The notes under the pieces: generated by a model
Databases searched by the model: none
Seen by the model: only the letters and a program-made list of their open reading frames with translations
Told to the model about the DNA's origin: nothing
Shown here: one piece after another, positions 38,551 through 50,458 of the stretch
Layout of the letters: the number at the start of each line of letters is the position of its first letter
How positions within the stretch are numbered: position 1 is the stretch's first letter
NCBI RefSeq assembly: GCF_018350175.1
Contig: NC_058368.1
Location: 123,878,001-123,942,000, forward strand
Origin: Felis catus
Taxonomy: Eukaryota
DNA: 64,000 nucleotides
Reading direction: 5' to 3'
Program-made: the position numbers and the translations under genes

Positions 38551-38768
38551 GGGGCGCCTGGGTGGCGCCGTCAGTTAAGTGTCCGACTTCAGCCAGGTCA
38601 CGATCTCGCGGTCCGTGAGTTCGAGCCCTGCGTCAGGCTCTGGGCTGATGGCTCAGAGCCTGGAGCCTGTTTCCGATTCTGTGTCTCCCTCTCTCTCTGC
38701 CCCTCCCCGTTCATGCTCTCTCTCTGTCCCAAAAATAAATAAACATTGAAAAAAAAATAAAAAAAAAA
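38551..38768 (+). mobile_element. Young CAN-SINE (SINEC_Fc) about 85 nt upstream of the ATG-exon acceptor
   Basis: Perfect TSD taaagatactggaaa. Confidence 0.95.
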
Positions 38769-39714
38769 TAAAGATACTGGAAAAATATAGGAGTTTGCTG
38801 ATGATACCTTACTTAATGAGGTATATGCCTAAAATATTTTATCAGAAATTTGCTAAGTTGAAATGGAGTTACTGTTTATTTTTCAGATTAACTAAAAATA
38901 AGTGGAACAATCCATTTCCGGTAATAAAACAGATTAGCCTATTTGGGCCCATTTTCCTGCAGAAAGCAATTTAAATTATTGCATAAAATACAGAAAACCT
39001 CTTTTGAAAAGCATCAAAAATAATGATGAAAAACAGCTCAAGAAAATGCTTCTGTCCAGAGAGTATTCGTTGTACCAGGAGAAAAAGGACTGAGGTTTTC
39101 AAGGCATGTGAAGTATTAGAGAAATAGAAGATAAAACCTATGATTCACCCAAAGTAAGGAATGACGTAGTAAGACACCATCTCTTCTATTTCCAATAACA
39201 CAGCTGGGAGTACAAAGAGCTTTACCATCAAATTAGGGATTAACAAGCAGTAAGAGTGTCTCACTCCCTCACAATGGAACTACAAACAAGATTTCTTGAC
39301 AGTGCCACAGGCAGTGTGTATGTGCACACGCACAAGCATGCATCTTCAGAGGGGGAAGTGTTATATACCACAAACTGTGCTTCATGTGGATTTGCAAGGA
39401 GGTCAAAACACTTAAAGCTGTGAATATAATTTAAAGTTAACCTGCCTAATAGGGCTTCTAAGTAACTGCTAGAAACAAATGTAAATCTTTTATGGGAGGA
39501 CACAACTTAATCGTATGCCTCAAAGAAGACCTGCTAATAATCTTTCAAAGACAATGAACAGCACACAGTCAAAAATAACCTAGTATGCAAAGAAATAAAG
39601 GACTATTCATAAGAACCAGAAGAAACAGCATAGATTCATAAAGACTTCAACTTTAGGGGTTCTGAAAACAAGATCAGAAAACAATTATGCTACCTATTTT
39701 TATATATAAGACAA

Positions 39715-40360
39715 AGTAGATATATATACAGTGGAATATTACTCAGCCCCCCAGAAATGAAATCTTGCCATTTGCAAACACATGGTTGGATCTACAGAGA
39801 GTAATGTTAAGCAATATAAGCCAGTCTGAGGAAGACAAATATTTTACGATATCACTCATATGTGCAATTTAAGAAACAAAATAGCAAACAAAGGGAAAAA
39901 AGTGACAAAACAAAAAACAGCCTCTTTTTTAAAAATTTATTTACTTTTGAGAGACAGAGAGGGAGAGAGAAAGAGGTAGAGACAGAGGAAGAGCGAAAAT
40001 CCCAAGAAGTTCCCACGCTTAGCATAAGAGCCCGAACGAGGCAGGGCTCCTTCTCAGGAACTGTGAGATCATGACCTGAGCCACAATCAAGAGTCAGAGG
40101 CTTAAGTGACTGACACACCCAGCTACCCCAGCTGACTCAACTGTAGACAACACACAGACGGTTACCAGAGGGGAGGTGGGCAAGAGGATGGGTGAAACAG
40201 GTGATGGGAATTAAAGAATATATTTATCTTAATGAGCATTGAGTTAAATACGAAATTGTTGAATCACTATATTGTACAACTGAAACTAATACAATGCTGT
40301 AAGTTAACTATACTGGAATTAAAATTTAAAAATAAACAATAAAATAAAACAAAGAAAAAA
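39715..40360 (+). mobile_element. Older L1 3' end interrupted by a SINE
   Basis: L1 3'-end motifs (tggaatattactcagcc...gaaatcttgccatttgca...acaactgaaactaatac) followed by an A-rich tail. Confidence 0.8.
39925..40129 (-). mobile_element. CAN-SINE inside an L1 3' end
   Basis: PolyT, GA-rich tract and reverse head. Confidence 0.85.
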
Positions 40361-40459
40361 AGAAGATTGTAAGCACAATGTCTTCCTCATCATAGAAACT
40401 AAATTCAAGAGGGTTTCTTCCTTCTATTGTCAACTTGCTAATAAGAATTTTTTATTTAA

Positions 40460-40655
40460 GGGGTGCCTGGGTGGCTCAGTCAGTTAAGCATCTGACTTGA
40501 CTTGATCTCACCATTCGTGAGTTCCAGTCCTGCATCAGGCTCTGTGCTGACAGCTGAGAGCCTGGATGGAGCCTGCTTCTGATTCTGTGCCCCCCTCACT
40601 CTTTGCCCCTCCCCATTCACTCTCCCTATATCAAAAATAATCATTAAAAAAAAAA
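40460..40655 (+). mobile_element. CAN-SINE
   Basis: ggggtgcctgggtggctcagtcagttaagc head and A-tail. Confidence 0.88.
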
Positions 40656-40659
40656 GTTC

Positions 40660-41200
40660 AAAACTAATGAACTAGAAGATAAATCGGAAGAAACTATCCA
40701 GAAGGGCAGAGAGAGAAAAAAACAGACAGAAAATGTGGAAGATGGGTTAAGAGACATGTGAGAAAGAATAAGAAGGTCTAACATGCATGAAATTGGAGAA
40801 ACAGAGAGAAAGGAAATAACAGAGGTAATATTTGAAGAGATAAAGGCTGAGAATTTTCCAGAATTCATAAAAGATAACAAGAAATTTAACAAATCCCATG
40901 CAGAATTCATAAACAATCTTATCATAAGACTGGGAAAAAAAGAATTAAAATTCCAGACCAAAGGGAAAAAAAGTCAAGTGGTCTCACAGTGTTCTAAGGT
41001 CCTTGTATTGTCCAGATCAACACTGTACTTTGAATGCATGTTGTAATTTTAAAGGTAACTACTAAAATAGAAAACAGTATATAACTTAAAATCTAGTACA
41101 GTAGGAAAAGAGAATGATAAAAAAAATTGCAGACCTAAACAAAGGCAAGAAAGAAGAAAAACATAAAAGAGGTAGGACAAGTAGAAAACATAAAGTAGGT
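40660..41200 (+). mobile_element. Ancient L1 ORF1 fragment
   Basis: IFEEIKAENFPE motif in ORF-track 40783..41046. Confidence 0.75.
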
Positions 41201-41214
41201 AAGATCTTCCCATT

Positions 41215-42345
41215 CTTTCTTAAACCCATGCTAATCAGGCTATCTTCCCCATCACTACACAGAAAGTGTTCTACAGTACCAATGACCTATACCCACTGGT
41301 CATTTTTTTAGTCTTTAATTTACTTGCCCTATCAGAAATAAGTCCCATAAGGGATCACTCTCCTCCTTAATAAACTAGATTCACTAGGGCTCCAGGTTTT
41401 CTCTATATCTCACTGGTCCCTCCTCCTTCTGTCTCATTTACTATTTGCTTCTTATGTCCCAGAATTCTTAAAACTGCAGAATCCCAAGGTTTTCTTCTCT
41501 GTATGCCTTCAGTTTACAGGTAGTTACCTAATCTCATGTAACATCACTTATGTCATATAATACAGCAGCCACTAGTCACTTGTAGCTATTTATATTAATT
41601 TAAATGGTTATTAATATTAGTATTATTAATATTAATTTATAGTAACACAGATTTATATTAATTACAATTAATTTTTTATTACAATTAAATTTTTTAAAAT
41701 TCAGTATCTGAGTTACACTAACCACATTTGAAGTGCTCAATAGTCACATGTGGCTAGTGGCTACCGTATTGCATAGCTATAAAACATTTCCATCATTGTA
41801 CAAAGTTCTATTGATCTAGACAATGACCACTTCCATGTTAACATTTCTAACCAGAATTCCTCTCCTTGTATATCAGACTTGTATATCTAACTGCCTACTT
41901 AACAGGCTTTTTAAAAATTAATATAACTGACAACACTGTATTAGTTTTAGATGAATAACAATGATTTGATATATGCATACATACTTCTTAACATCTTTAT
42001 TTGGATATACAGACAACTAGTATGTCCAAAACTGAACTTTTAATTTTTTCCCAAAAAACTACCCCACCCATTGTTTTCCTGATTTCAATTGATGGCATCT
42101 CCATTCTTCCAGTTAATCAGGCCAAAATCCTTCAAATTTCCCATGACTTCTTTTCTCAGTGTACATTCAATCTATTAGGAAAATAGTGTTGGCTCTCTCT
42201 TCAAGTATATCCAGGATCTGACCACCATCATTTGTTACCAAGATTTCTACAACAGTTTCCTAATGGAGCTCCCTGCTTCTACCCTTATCCCTTTACAGTC
42301 TCTGTACATAGAAGGGAGAGTTGTAGAGTGATACAGTAAGGCATT
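41215..42345 (+). mobile_element. L2 LINE fragment
   Basis: aatcaggctatcttccccatcactacacagaaa...accaatgacct; atgtccaaaactgaact; ccattcttccagtt...caggccaaaa. Confidence 0.7.
41550..41822. mobile_element. MER3-type hAT element inside an L2
   Basis: gcagccactagtcac...cacatgtggctagtggctaccgtattg...aaagttctattg. Confidence 0.75.
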
Positions 42346-42354
42346 TGATCCCAC

Positions 42355-42502
42355 CCAACTGGTTTTTATCACTGGGGGAAGTGCTATTAGACCAAGTGGG
42401 TAAATTTGGGATGCCGAACATCCTACAATGAACAAGATACCTCCTACAATAAAGAATTATCCAGCCCAAAATGTCGAAAGTTCTGACGTTGAGAAATCCT
42501 GC
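42355..42502. mobile_element. MER20 fragment
   Basis: acatcctacaatg...aagaattatccagcccaaaatgtc...gttgagaaatcctgc. Confidence 0.75.
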
Positions 42503-42754
42503 TCTGGGGGGTAAAAGAAGAGGTTGTGATAGGGAGGGACTATAGAGGACCTTATATGGTGATGGCAAATCCTATTGTTCAACTTGATTCTGGTTATATG
42601 GCCATTTGCTCTACAATTAGACATGCATTAAGCACTTTTCTGTACGGATGCTGTATTTCACAAACAAGCACACACACACAACAGCAAACTCCGTAAAGTG
42701 AAATAAATAGGCTTTAACATTTAAAGGCATGTGCTTTACCTTTATTCCTCAACT

Positions 42755-42905
42755 ATAAGTTATTATGATTATTCTCACTTTATAAATAAGGATACAAGGC
42801 ACAGAGAAGTTAACCAATTACAAAATTAATAGGTAGGGGGAAGAGTTAGAATTCAAACCCAGGCAGTGTAAGCTCAGAGCCTGTACTCTTTGTCACTATG
42901 CTGTG
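42755..42905 (-). mobile_element. MIR
   Basis: aaggcacagagaagttaa...gaattcaaacccaggcagt. Confidence 0.65.
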
Positions 42906-43805
42906 CTTCTTTCTTGTTCTTTGCCCTTTCTCTGTCTTCTTTCATTTTCTTCTGTTTCTTATTACCAGATGACTTAACAAGTAAAGTTTTATTGGTGCTG
43001 TATTTGTTTAATGGAGTCCTATGTCTGCTGTTGTTATTTTTCTAAATATATATGTATGACAGAGTAGAAAGAAAACATGGTTTTTGAGTAAGCAATCCTT
43101 AGCTGTCACTCACTACCTATGTAATTTAAGATTAACCATTTAACTGCCATGAATCTATTTTCTCATGTGTAAAATTGAAACAATAACATCTACCTCACTA
43201 GTGTGGTTGAAAACTACATGAACTAATGAATATTATACTTAATACTTTGTAATGGGAAACTAAATGTTCCAACACATTATTATTCCTCTCTGAAAATAAA
43301 TGACAAAACTTGTGTTTTTACATATGCAGCCTCTTGAGGTTTTCTTCTAAGTGAAAAATTCTGCAGTAATGAGGTAGAGAGAAGTAGGCAAATGTTGTCA
43401 AATGCTACTAATAAGTTTGACATGGATGTTGGCAACATATTCTATTCCCAGAATATGTGCATTTTCTTTCCTCTGTCTTTTCTTTCCATTTCTCTCTTCT
43501 GCTCTCCTGCCCAGCATTTAAGACAAAGCTCTCATTAACTTATTAGTCTTACTAGAGACAAACAAATGTTGAAGAAGTACCTTACATAATGGTGGTTTTT
43601 CAAAAAAAGAGAAATCAAAATACTATCATCTCCAATCATAAAAGACTTTATTTCTGTATCTTCCTATACAGAGTACACAAGTAAAAATGATTATTTTAAG
43701 ATGAGACAACTAAAATACTGAGTAATGGCAAACTCTGAACAATATATGCATTCAAAACTTCTCAGTGAGCCTCTACAATGTACTTAGGTACCAAGGGAAA
43801 AAAAA

Positions 43806-44258
43806 TTTTTAATTTTTTTTTTAAAATATTTTTTTAAAGTTTTTTATTTATTTTTGAGACAGAGACAGACAGAGCATGAGCAGGGGAGGGGCAGAGAGAG
43901 AGGGAGACACAGAATCTGAAGCAAGCTCCAGGCTCTGAGCTGTCAGCACAGAGCCTGACACGGGGCTTGAACTCACAGACTGTGAGATTATGACCTGAGC
44001 TGAAGTCGGATGCTTAACCGACTGAGCCACCCAGGCACCCCAAAAATTTTTAATTTTTTAAAATGATTTATTTTTGAGAGAGATAAATACAGAGAACAAG
44101 CAGGGGAAGAGCAGAGGGAGAAGGAGACAGAATCTGAAGCAAGCTCCAGGCTCTGAGCTGTCAGCACAGAGCCTGATATGGGGCTTGAACTCACAAACTG
44201 TGAAACCATGACCGGGGCCAAAGTCAGACACAACGGACTGAGCTACCCTGGCACCCCT
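43806..44258 (-). mobile_element. Two tandem CAN-SINEs
   Basis: Reverse heads ending at about 44041 and 44258. Confidence 0.9.
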
Positions 44259-44485
44259 AAATTTTAACTCATGGTTCCCATCCTCAATAAACTTAAAAAA
44301 TATTATCCAGCTCAATAGAAGTCTAGAAATTAGGCAACTTATCCTAAATCACTTACATAATAAAACCTAGTAAGATGTTAATTACCATTCTGATTTTCAG
44401 TTCATTATTTCACTTCTAATTAAATTTACACCAATTGCTGGTCCTAGCTTCCAATTTAGCTTTGTAATATATCAGTGCAAGATTT

Positions 44486-44701
44486 TTAAAAAATGTTTAT
44501 TTATTTATTTTGAGAGAGAGGGGGATAGAGAGCAAGGAGGGGAGGGGCAGAGAGAGAGAGGGAGAGAGAGAATCCCAAGAAGGTTCCGCATTGTTAGCAT
44601 GGGGCCCAACGCAGGACTTGAACCCACAAACCAATGAGATCATGACCTGAGCTGAAACAAAGAGTTGGATTCTTAACCAACTGAGCCACACAGGCACCCT
44701 G
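44486..44701 (-). mobile_element. CAN-SINE flanked by an 88-bp direct repeat
   Basis: Flanks 44398-44485 and 44702-44790 are about 90% identical. Confidence 0.9.
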
Positions 44702-45289
44702 CAGTTCATCATTTCACTTCTAATTAAAATCTACACCAATTGTTGGCCCTAGCTCCCAAATTAGCTTTGCAATAGATCAGTGCAAGATTTATTTTTTTTT
44801 TATGGCAAAAAGTTTACTTGACTGTTTAAAACACAGATTCACAATTTACATATTTGGATGTGAAGCATCAGAAATGATCCTGAATATCAAGTGTACATTA
44901 TTCAGTGGTAATTGTTATTAAAATTTCATTAAGATGAAAGTAACTGAGACAAAGTAATTTCACCAAAACAGAGTTAGTTGAGAAGCAAAAACACAAACTT
45001 AATCTTTCAGTTCCTTCCTTTACATAATAAAACGAATTAATAATTCAGTTGACTTGGTTGGTTTAAAATTTTAAAACTAATAAGCAGTAGTTTTCAAGAT
45101 TACTTTGAACCACTAATTATAAAACTAGGAGTAATAGTCCTAACAAATTTCCTTAATTTAAAACTGCAGTGACAAATTAACTTGAAAAAGTTGTTCCCTG
45201 GATATAGAGAGAAGATATCCTATATAATATATCAATGAAGAATACATACTGAATTAAAGTGGACATAGGTATTAAAAACTTGGGAAAGA

Positions 45290-45516
45290 GGGGCGCCTGG
45301 GTGGCGCAGTCGGTTAAGCCTCCGACTTCAGCCAGGTCACGATCTCGCGGTCCGTGAGTTCGAGCCCCGCGTCGGGCTCTGGGCTGATGGCTCAGAGCCT
45401 GGAGCCTGTTTCCGATTCTGTGTCTCCCTCTCTCTCTGCCCCTCGCCCATTCACGCTCTGTCTCTCTCTGTCCCAAAAATAAATAAACGTTGAAAAAAAA
45501 ATTAAAAAAAAAAAAA
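45290..45516 (+). mobile_element. Young CAN-SINE (SINEC_Fc)
   Basis: TSD aaaa(a/c)cttgggaaaga. Confidence 0.95.
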
Positions 45517-46150
45517 AAAACCTTGGGAAAGAAATAAAGCTATTGTAGAGAAGTTATGTCATGTATTGGTTTGATATGATTTAAAATCTACGCGTTTACA
45601 ATCTAAGTAAACTTGTTTTAATCCATCCCTTTATGACAAAGAAAAAAAAAGTTTTAGAAGTAAAGTCATTTTGATAGAATAATGAAGTAATTGTGTCAGG
45701 ATGTCATCATCTTGTCTGTTTTCACTGGTAAGAACTCAGTAGCTCAGCTGCTTATCAATAAAAACCTATGAGGAAGCAACTATGGCATGGGGACATCTGT
45801 ACTGTAAAAAGCAAGTATGTAAGGACTATCAATGTTTCCTATAGACAAGGCAGTTCTTTGCTGATCTAAAAGAGCTCTCCAAATACCTGGGGGCAATTAG
45901 CTCCTGCTGAGGTAAAGGCCACTCTTATCTGTAGTGGCAAAAGCCTGGTACAGCAGTGCCGAAAATCATCTTGCCCATTAACAGGGACAATGACCCTCTT
46001 TAGCAATGCGCTTTAACAGGAGACTTTAACTTTTGCGCAGGTAGAAGGACATTAGCTCTGGTTGACTAAGCTGTCTTTCCCAAGTACCAACTCCAAAGGG
46101 TATACCTTAACTAAATTTGGACTTTATTCCTTTCATGCCCCCCTTGTCTT

Positions 46151-46378
46151 TTTTTTTTTTAATTTTTTTTTTCCAACGTTTTTATTTATTTTTGGGACAG
46201 AGAGAGACAGAGCATGAACGGGGGAGGGGCAGAGAGAGAGGGAGACACAGAATCGGAAACAGGCTCCAGGCTCTGAGCCATCAGCCCAGAGCCCGACGCG
46301 GGGCTCGAACTCACGGACCGCGAGATCGTGACCTGGCTGAAGTCGGACGCTTAACCGACTGCGCCACCCAGGCGCCCC
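46151..46378 (-). mobile_element. Young CAN-SINE (SINEC_Fc)
   Basis: Perfect 18-bp TSD tcatgccccccttgtctt. Confidence 0.95.
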
Positions 46379-46702
46379 TCATGCCCCCCTTGTCTTGAAC
46401 AACAGGGTGATAGTCTATCATTGATTTGGAGTATGTAATTTCTTTATTGGCTTATTAAGAGACATTATCCTGTATACTATTGGCTTGTGAAATTCCCACA
46501 GTGAATCTATCTTAAACAAACCCCTGGCAGATACAATCTCAGTCACAGCATTAATTTGCCTCCTGAAAAAAACCAAGTTATTAGCTTTACAGAACTTTTA
46601 AAACATTCTCTCAAATTTAAAAATTCAATATTTTAAGAATTGAAAAGATGATTGTCAGACAACTAGTATCCTTTTATTGAAAAGAATATAAGAACTGGGG
46701 GC

Positions 46703-46898
46703 GGGGGTGTCTGGATGGCTCAGTCAGCTGAGCATCTTGATTTCAGCTCAGGTCATTAAGCCAGGGTCATGGGATCAGTTTTAAAACTGAGAAAAACACA
46801 CCCCATGTTGGGCTCCATGCTGAGCATGAAATTTGCTAAAAATTCTCTTTTTGCCCCCTCCCCTGCTTGTGGTCTCTCTCTCTAAACAAACAAAAAAC
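46703..46898 (+). mobile_element. CAN-SINE (older) with an internal 22-nt insertion
   Basis: Head, (CT)n and A-rich tail. Confidence 0.8.
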
Positions 46899-47269
46899 AG
46901 GGGGAAATTCATTCAAGAAAATCTAAGGCACATAAAAAATTTTCTAAAAATCTATAAATTCATTTGTGTAAACATTTAAAAGCATGCCAGGTACTGCTTA
47001 ACTCTGTACAGAAATTTGCTGTTATTTCTGAACTTAATAAAACTAAGCTTAATGAAATCTGTATACAGTGGGAGAAAAGTGATCAATAGAAATGCTAAGA
47101 AATGCTAGAGAAAAAAATTTAATGTTGATAAGGAAACATAACCTTATTGCTCCTCAATCTCCAAAAACTGATAAAATTATCTTCAGAAAGCATTGCCAGG
47201 GTATTCCTTTATTTGAATTATATACAATGGTTAATTTGGGGCATGGCCTACTCTGATTTATTAAGTAAA

Positions 47270-47470
47270 GTGTGGTAGTTGAAAGCTCATGTCATACTCC
47301 CTGGATTTGAATCTTGGCTCTGCTAAGATTGGGCAACTTATTTAAATTCCCTAAGACTCACTGGTGTGGGGGATAATAAAAGTACTAGTCTTACAGAGTT
47401 GGAGATTTAATGAGATAATGTACGTAACGTACCTTGCTCACAATGAGTATTCAAGAAATAATAACTATCA
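47270..47470 (+). mobile_element. MIR
   Basis: ctggatttgaatcttggctctgc...ttgggcaacttatttaa...gatttaatgagataatgta. Confidence 0.65.
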
Positions 47471-48000
47471 TTTTATTTTTTGGCTTTTTAAAAGTAACTA
47501 ACAAAATTCAACACTATATCTTGGCTTAACTTAGTGGCCTGAATAAAATCAGCTGACATATCTACATGCCTTTAGTATAAAGTAAGTAAACTCAGTAAGG
47601 TAAGAAAGATAAAGAAGTTGAGCTTTGAAGGATTACTGAACTGTCACAAAGAGAACAGACCTAAAGGAAATAATTAATTTCTGAAGAAGAAAACTAGGTG
47701 TCACTTTGGAGAAAAACTGAGAAAAAGACACACCAATAAGTAAGTAATGGGAGTTGGAACTAACCTTTATTTACTGAACACCTACTACTGGCCTAAGTTT
47801 TAAATGTTTAATTGCAACTAATCCTTAGATTTTGGGAAGATGTATATATAACCTTCAAATTATAAAAAAAAGAAAGTGAAGCTCAGAAATAACTTGTCCT
47901 GTATTACTTGGCTAATGAAGCCATAGCTGGGATGGAAACCAGGTTACTTTGGTCCCATATGTTATTTCCAGTATACTGCAATGTCTGCCTGAACTTAATG

Positions 48001-48242
48001 TTTTTTGTTTTTAAAGTTTATTTATTTTGAGAGAGAGAGCATGAACGGGGTAGGGAGGGAGGGAGAGAGAGAGGGAGGGTAGGAGAGGGTAGGGAGGGTA
48101 GGAGAGAGACAGAATTCCAAGCAGGCTCTGTGCTGCCAGAATAGAAACCAAAGAGGGGCTCGAACTCACTAACTGTGGGCTCATGACATGAGATGTAATC
48201 AATAATTGGTCACTTAACCAACTGAGCCACCTAGGTGTCCCT
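48001..48242 (-). mobile_element. CAN-SINE
   Basis: TSD aacttaatgttttt. Confidence 0.88.
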
Positions 48243-48396
48243 CAACTTAATGTTTTTAACCAATACTTTCTGCGGTATTGGTTCCTATGCTAAACTGAAA
48301 ATGAAGTTGAGTTTAGGAAGAGAGGATTCTTGTAACTCCTGGAGATAATACTTTTGCTAAGATTAAATGTTAGGAAACCCAGAATGAGAAAAATCT

Positions 48397-48434
48397 AATG
48401 TTTATTTATTTTGGGGGGGGGGGGGAAGGGCAGA

Positions 48435-48468
<34 letters not shown>

Positions 48469-48597
48469 ACCAGAAGTAGGATCCAGGGTCTGAGCTGTCA
48501 GCAAAGAGCCTGATGTGGGTCTCCAACTCAGGAACCGTGAGATCATGACCTGGGCCAAAATCAGATACTCAACCGACTGAGCCACCCAAGCGCCACT
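48397..48597 (-). mobile_element. CAN-SINE
   Basis: TSD agaatgagaaaaatcta. Confidence 0.9.
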
Positions 48598-49233
48598 AGA
48601 ATGAGAAAAATCTAGAAAGATCCTTTGATTTCAGTCAGTCTTACCAAAAAAAGAAAATCAAAGTTAAGGAACACACAAGGGGCATACAAGATTTGATATA
48701 AAGGTTCCAGTTTAATCACTTACGTCTATTTGTTCTAAACAAATCTGAAATTTTGTGGCATTGTCAAATTAGCTCTTTATTCCAAACAAGCAGAAAATTG
48801 ATATCTCAAGGATCTAGTCCCTAGTGCTTTTCAATAAAAGATATAATAATATTCAAGTAAATACCAAGAATTGTAAGGAAATTGGTAATTTTCAGTTGCC
48901 TCAATTAGTCAATTAGCTTGAACTTCAAATATCCCAACAATGTTATTTCAAAAGAAATGTAATGCCTTTTTGAAAGTCTTGATAAGTAGAACTACTAGGT
49001 ATTCTGAAGTTTGATAAATTAGGTTGAGAGGTAAATTAGCAATCCACAGCTAATATTATAATAACACAGAATAGTGCTATCAATGATTAACTGAAATGTT
49101 AAATAGCTCTATACCATCAATTTGCCATAGACCTAACACTGATAATAGGGAGCAAAACATGCAAAATGACATATACAGATATATTCACTTCCAATATCTC
49201 ACTCAGTCCTTTGAGTTTGAAAACAAGGTTCCA

Positions 49234-49425
49234 GGGGTGCCTGTGTGACTCAGTCAGTTACACTGTCCAGCTCTTGATTTTGGCTCACGTCATGATCTGT
49301 TTTGGGAGTTCCAGCCAGGTCAGACTCTATCCTGACCATGCATTCTCCCTCTCTACCCCTCCCCAGCATGTGCACTCTCCCTCTCTCTCTCAAAATAAAT
49401 AAACTTAAAAATAAAATAAAATAAA
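49234..49425 (+). mobile_element. CAN-SINE (older)
   Basis: Degenerate head, (CT)n and (AAAAT)n tail. Confidence 0.8.
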
Positions 49426-49797
49426 AGTCCCAGAAGAAAGGCTATTAATGTCAAAGCTAAGTGATTTAATGAGTCCCTAATCATGGACTTTAAAATTGGT
49501 TTCAGTATGGGGTCTCAATAGGAAAATAACAGTTTACTGACCTGCTTGCTGATGCCTGTGCTGAAAAATACTTTTCTCCATAAAAAGGACATAGGAAGTA
49601 ACCAAAGAAAGTTTATATGACACTATTTTCAAAAGGTATTGACTATATCAGTACATTTCAAAGGATGTCAGCTTTTTCCACACTAGGCTCAGAAATGTCC
49701 TTTCACAATTCTTTGCAAAAGGATGGCTATAGTATCTGGCCAAGAGGCTAGGATCAATCTGTAATAGTACCCACTCATTTTTGCCCAAAGAAATGTA

Positions 49798-50124
49798 GAG
49801 GTGACCCCTGAATAAAGCAGGTGTTGGGCTGCTGACACCGACTTCCCTCCCGCCCCTAGTTGAAAATGCACATGTTAACTTGTGACTCCCCCAAAACTTT
49901 ACTAATAACCCCTTTTGACTGGAAGCCTTACTGATAACATAGTTAACACATATTTTGTATGTTGTATGTATTATATACTGTATTCTTACAATAAAATAAG
50001 CTAGAGAAAACAAAATGTTATTAAGAAAATCTTAAGGAAAATACACTTATAGTATTATACTGTAAAAAATTCATGTCTGAGTGGACCTGTACAATTCAAA
50101 CCTGTGTTATTTAAGAGTCAATAG
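49798..50124. mobile_element. Tigger2-type non-autonomous DNA transposon
   Basis: Degenerate terminal inverted repeats (gaggtgacccctgaa / ttaagagtcaatag) flanked by TA on both sides. Confidence 0.8.
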
Positions 50125-50239
50125 TATTGTGGACCCATTCACTATACAATATTTATATGTTCCTCCTCAGAGACTGAAAATTAGTACTAATACCTCTGCA
50201 TATGGTAGTTTCAGATACTGTAATTACACTTCAGTTTAA

Positions 50240-50458
50240 CAGAGCAAGCATGGAAAATTTTTTTTTTTCTGTAAGAGGCCAGATAACATTTTAGGTTTTC
50301 TGAGCCACATGATCTCAGCAGGTACTCAACTATGTCCTTTTGCACGGAAGACAATATACAAATGAGTGAGCATGCCTGTGTTCTAATAAAACTTTATAAA
50401 AAATAAATACATCTGGTGGCAATGGTCATAGCAATGCTTATAGTTTACCCACCTCTGT
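50240..50458. mobile_element. MER58A-type hAT element
   Basis: tctgtaagaggccagata...ctgtgttctaataaaactttat...tatagtttacccacctctg. Confidence 0.7.

Noticed and set aside
45700..46130. Possible NUMT, viral insert or processed pseudogene
   Set aside because: The frames I translated hit early stops and gave no recognisable motifs.
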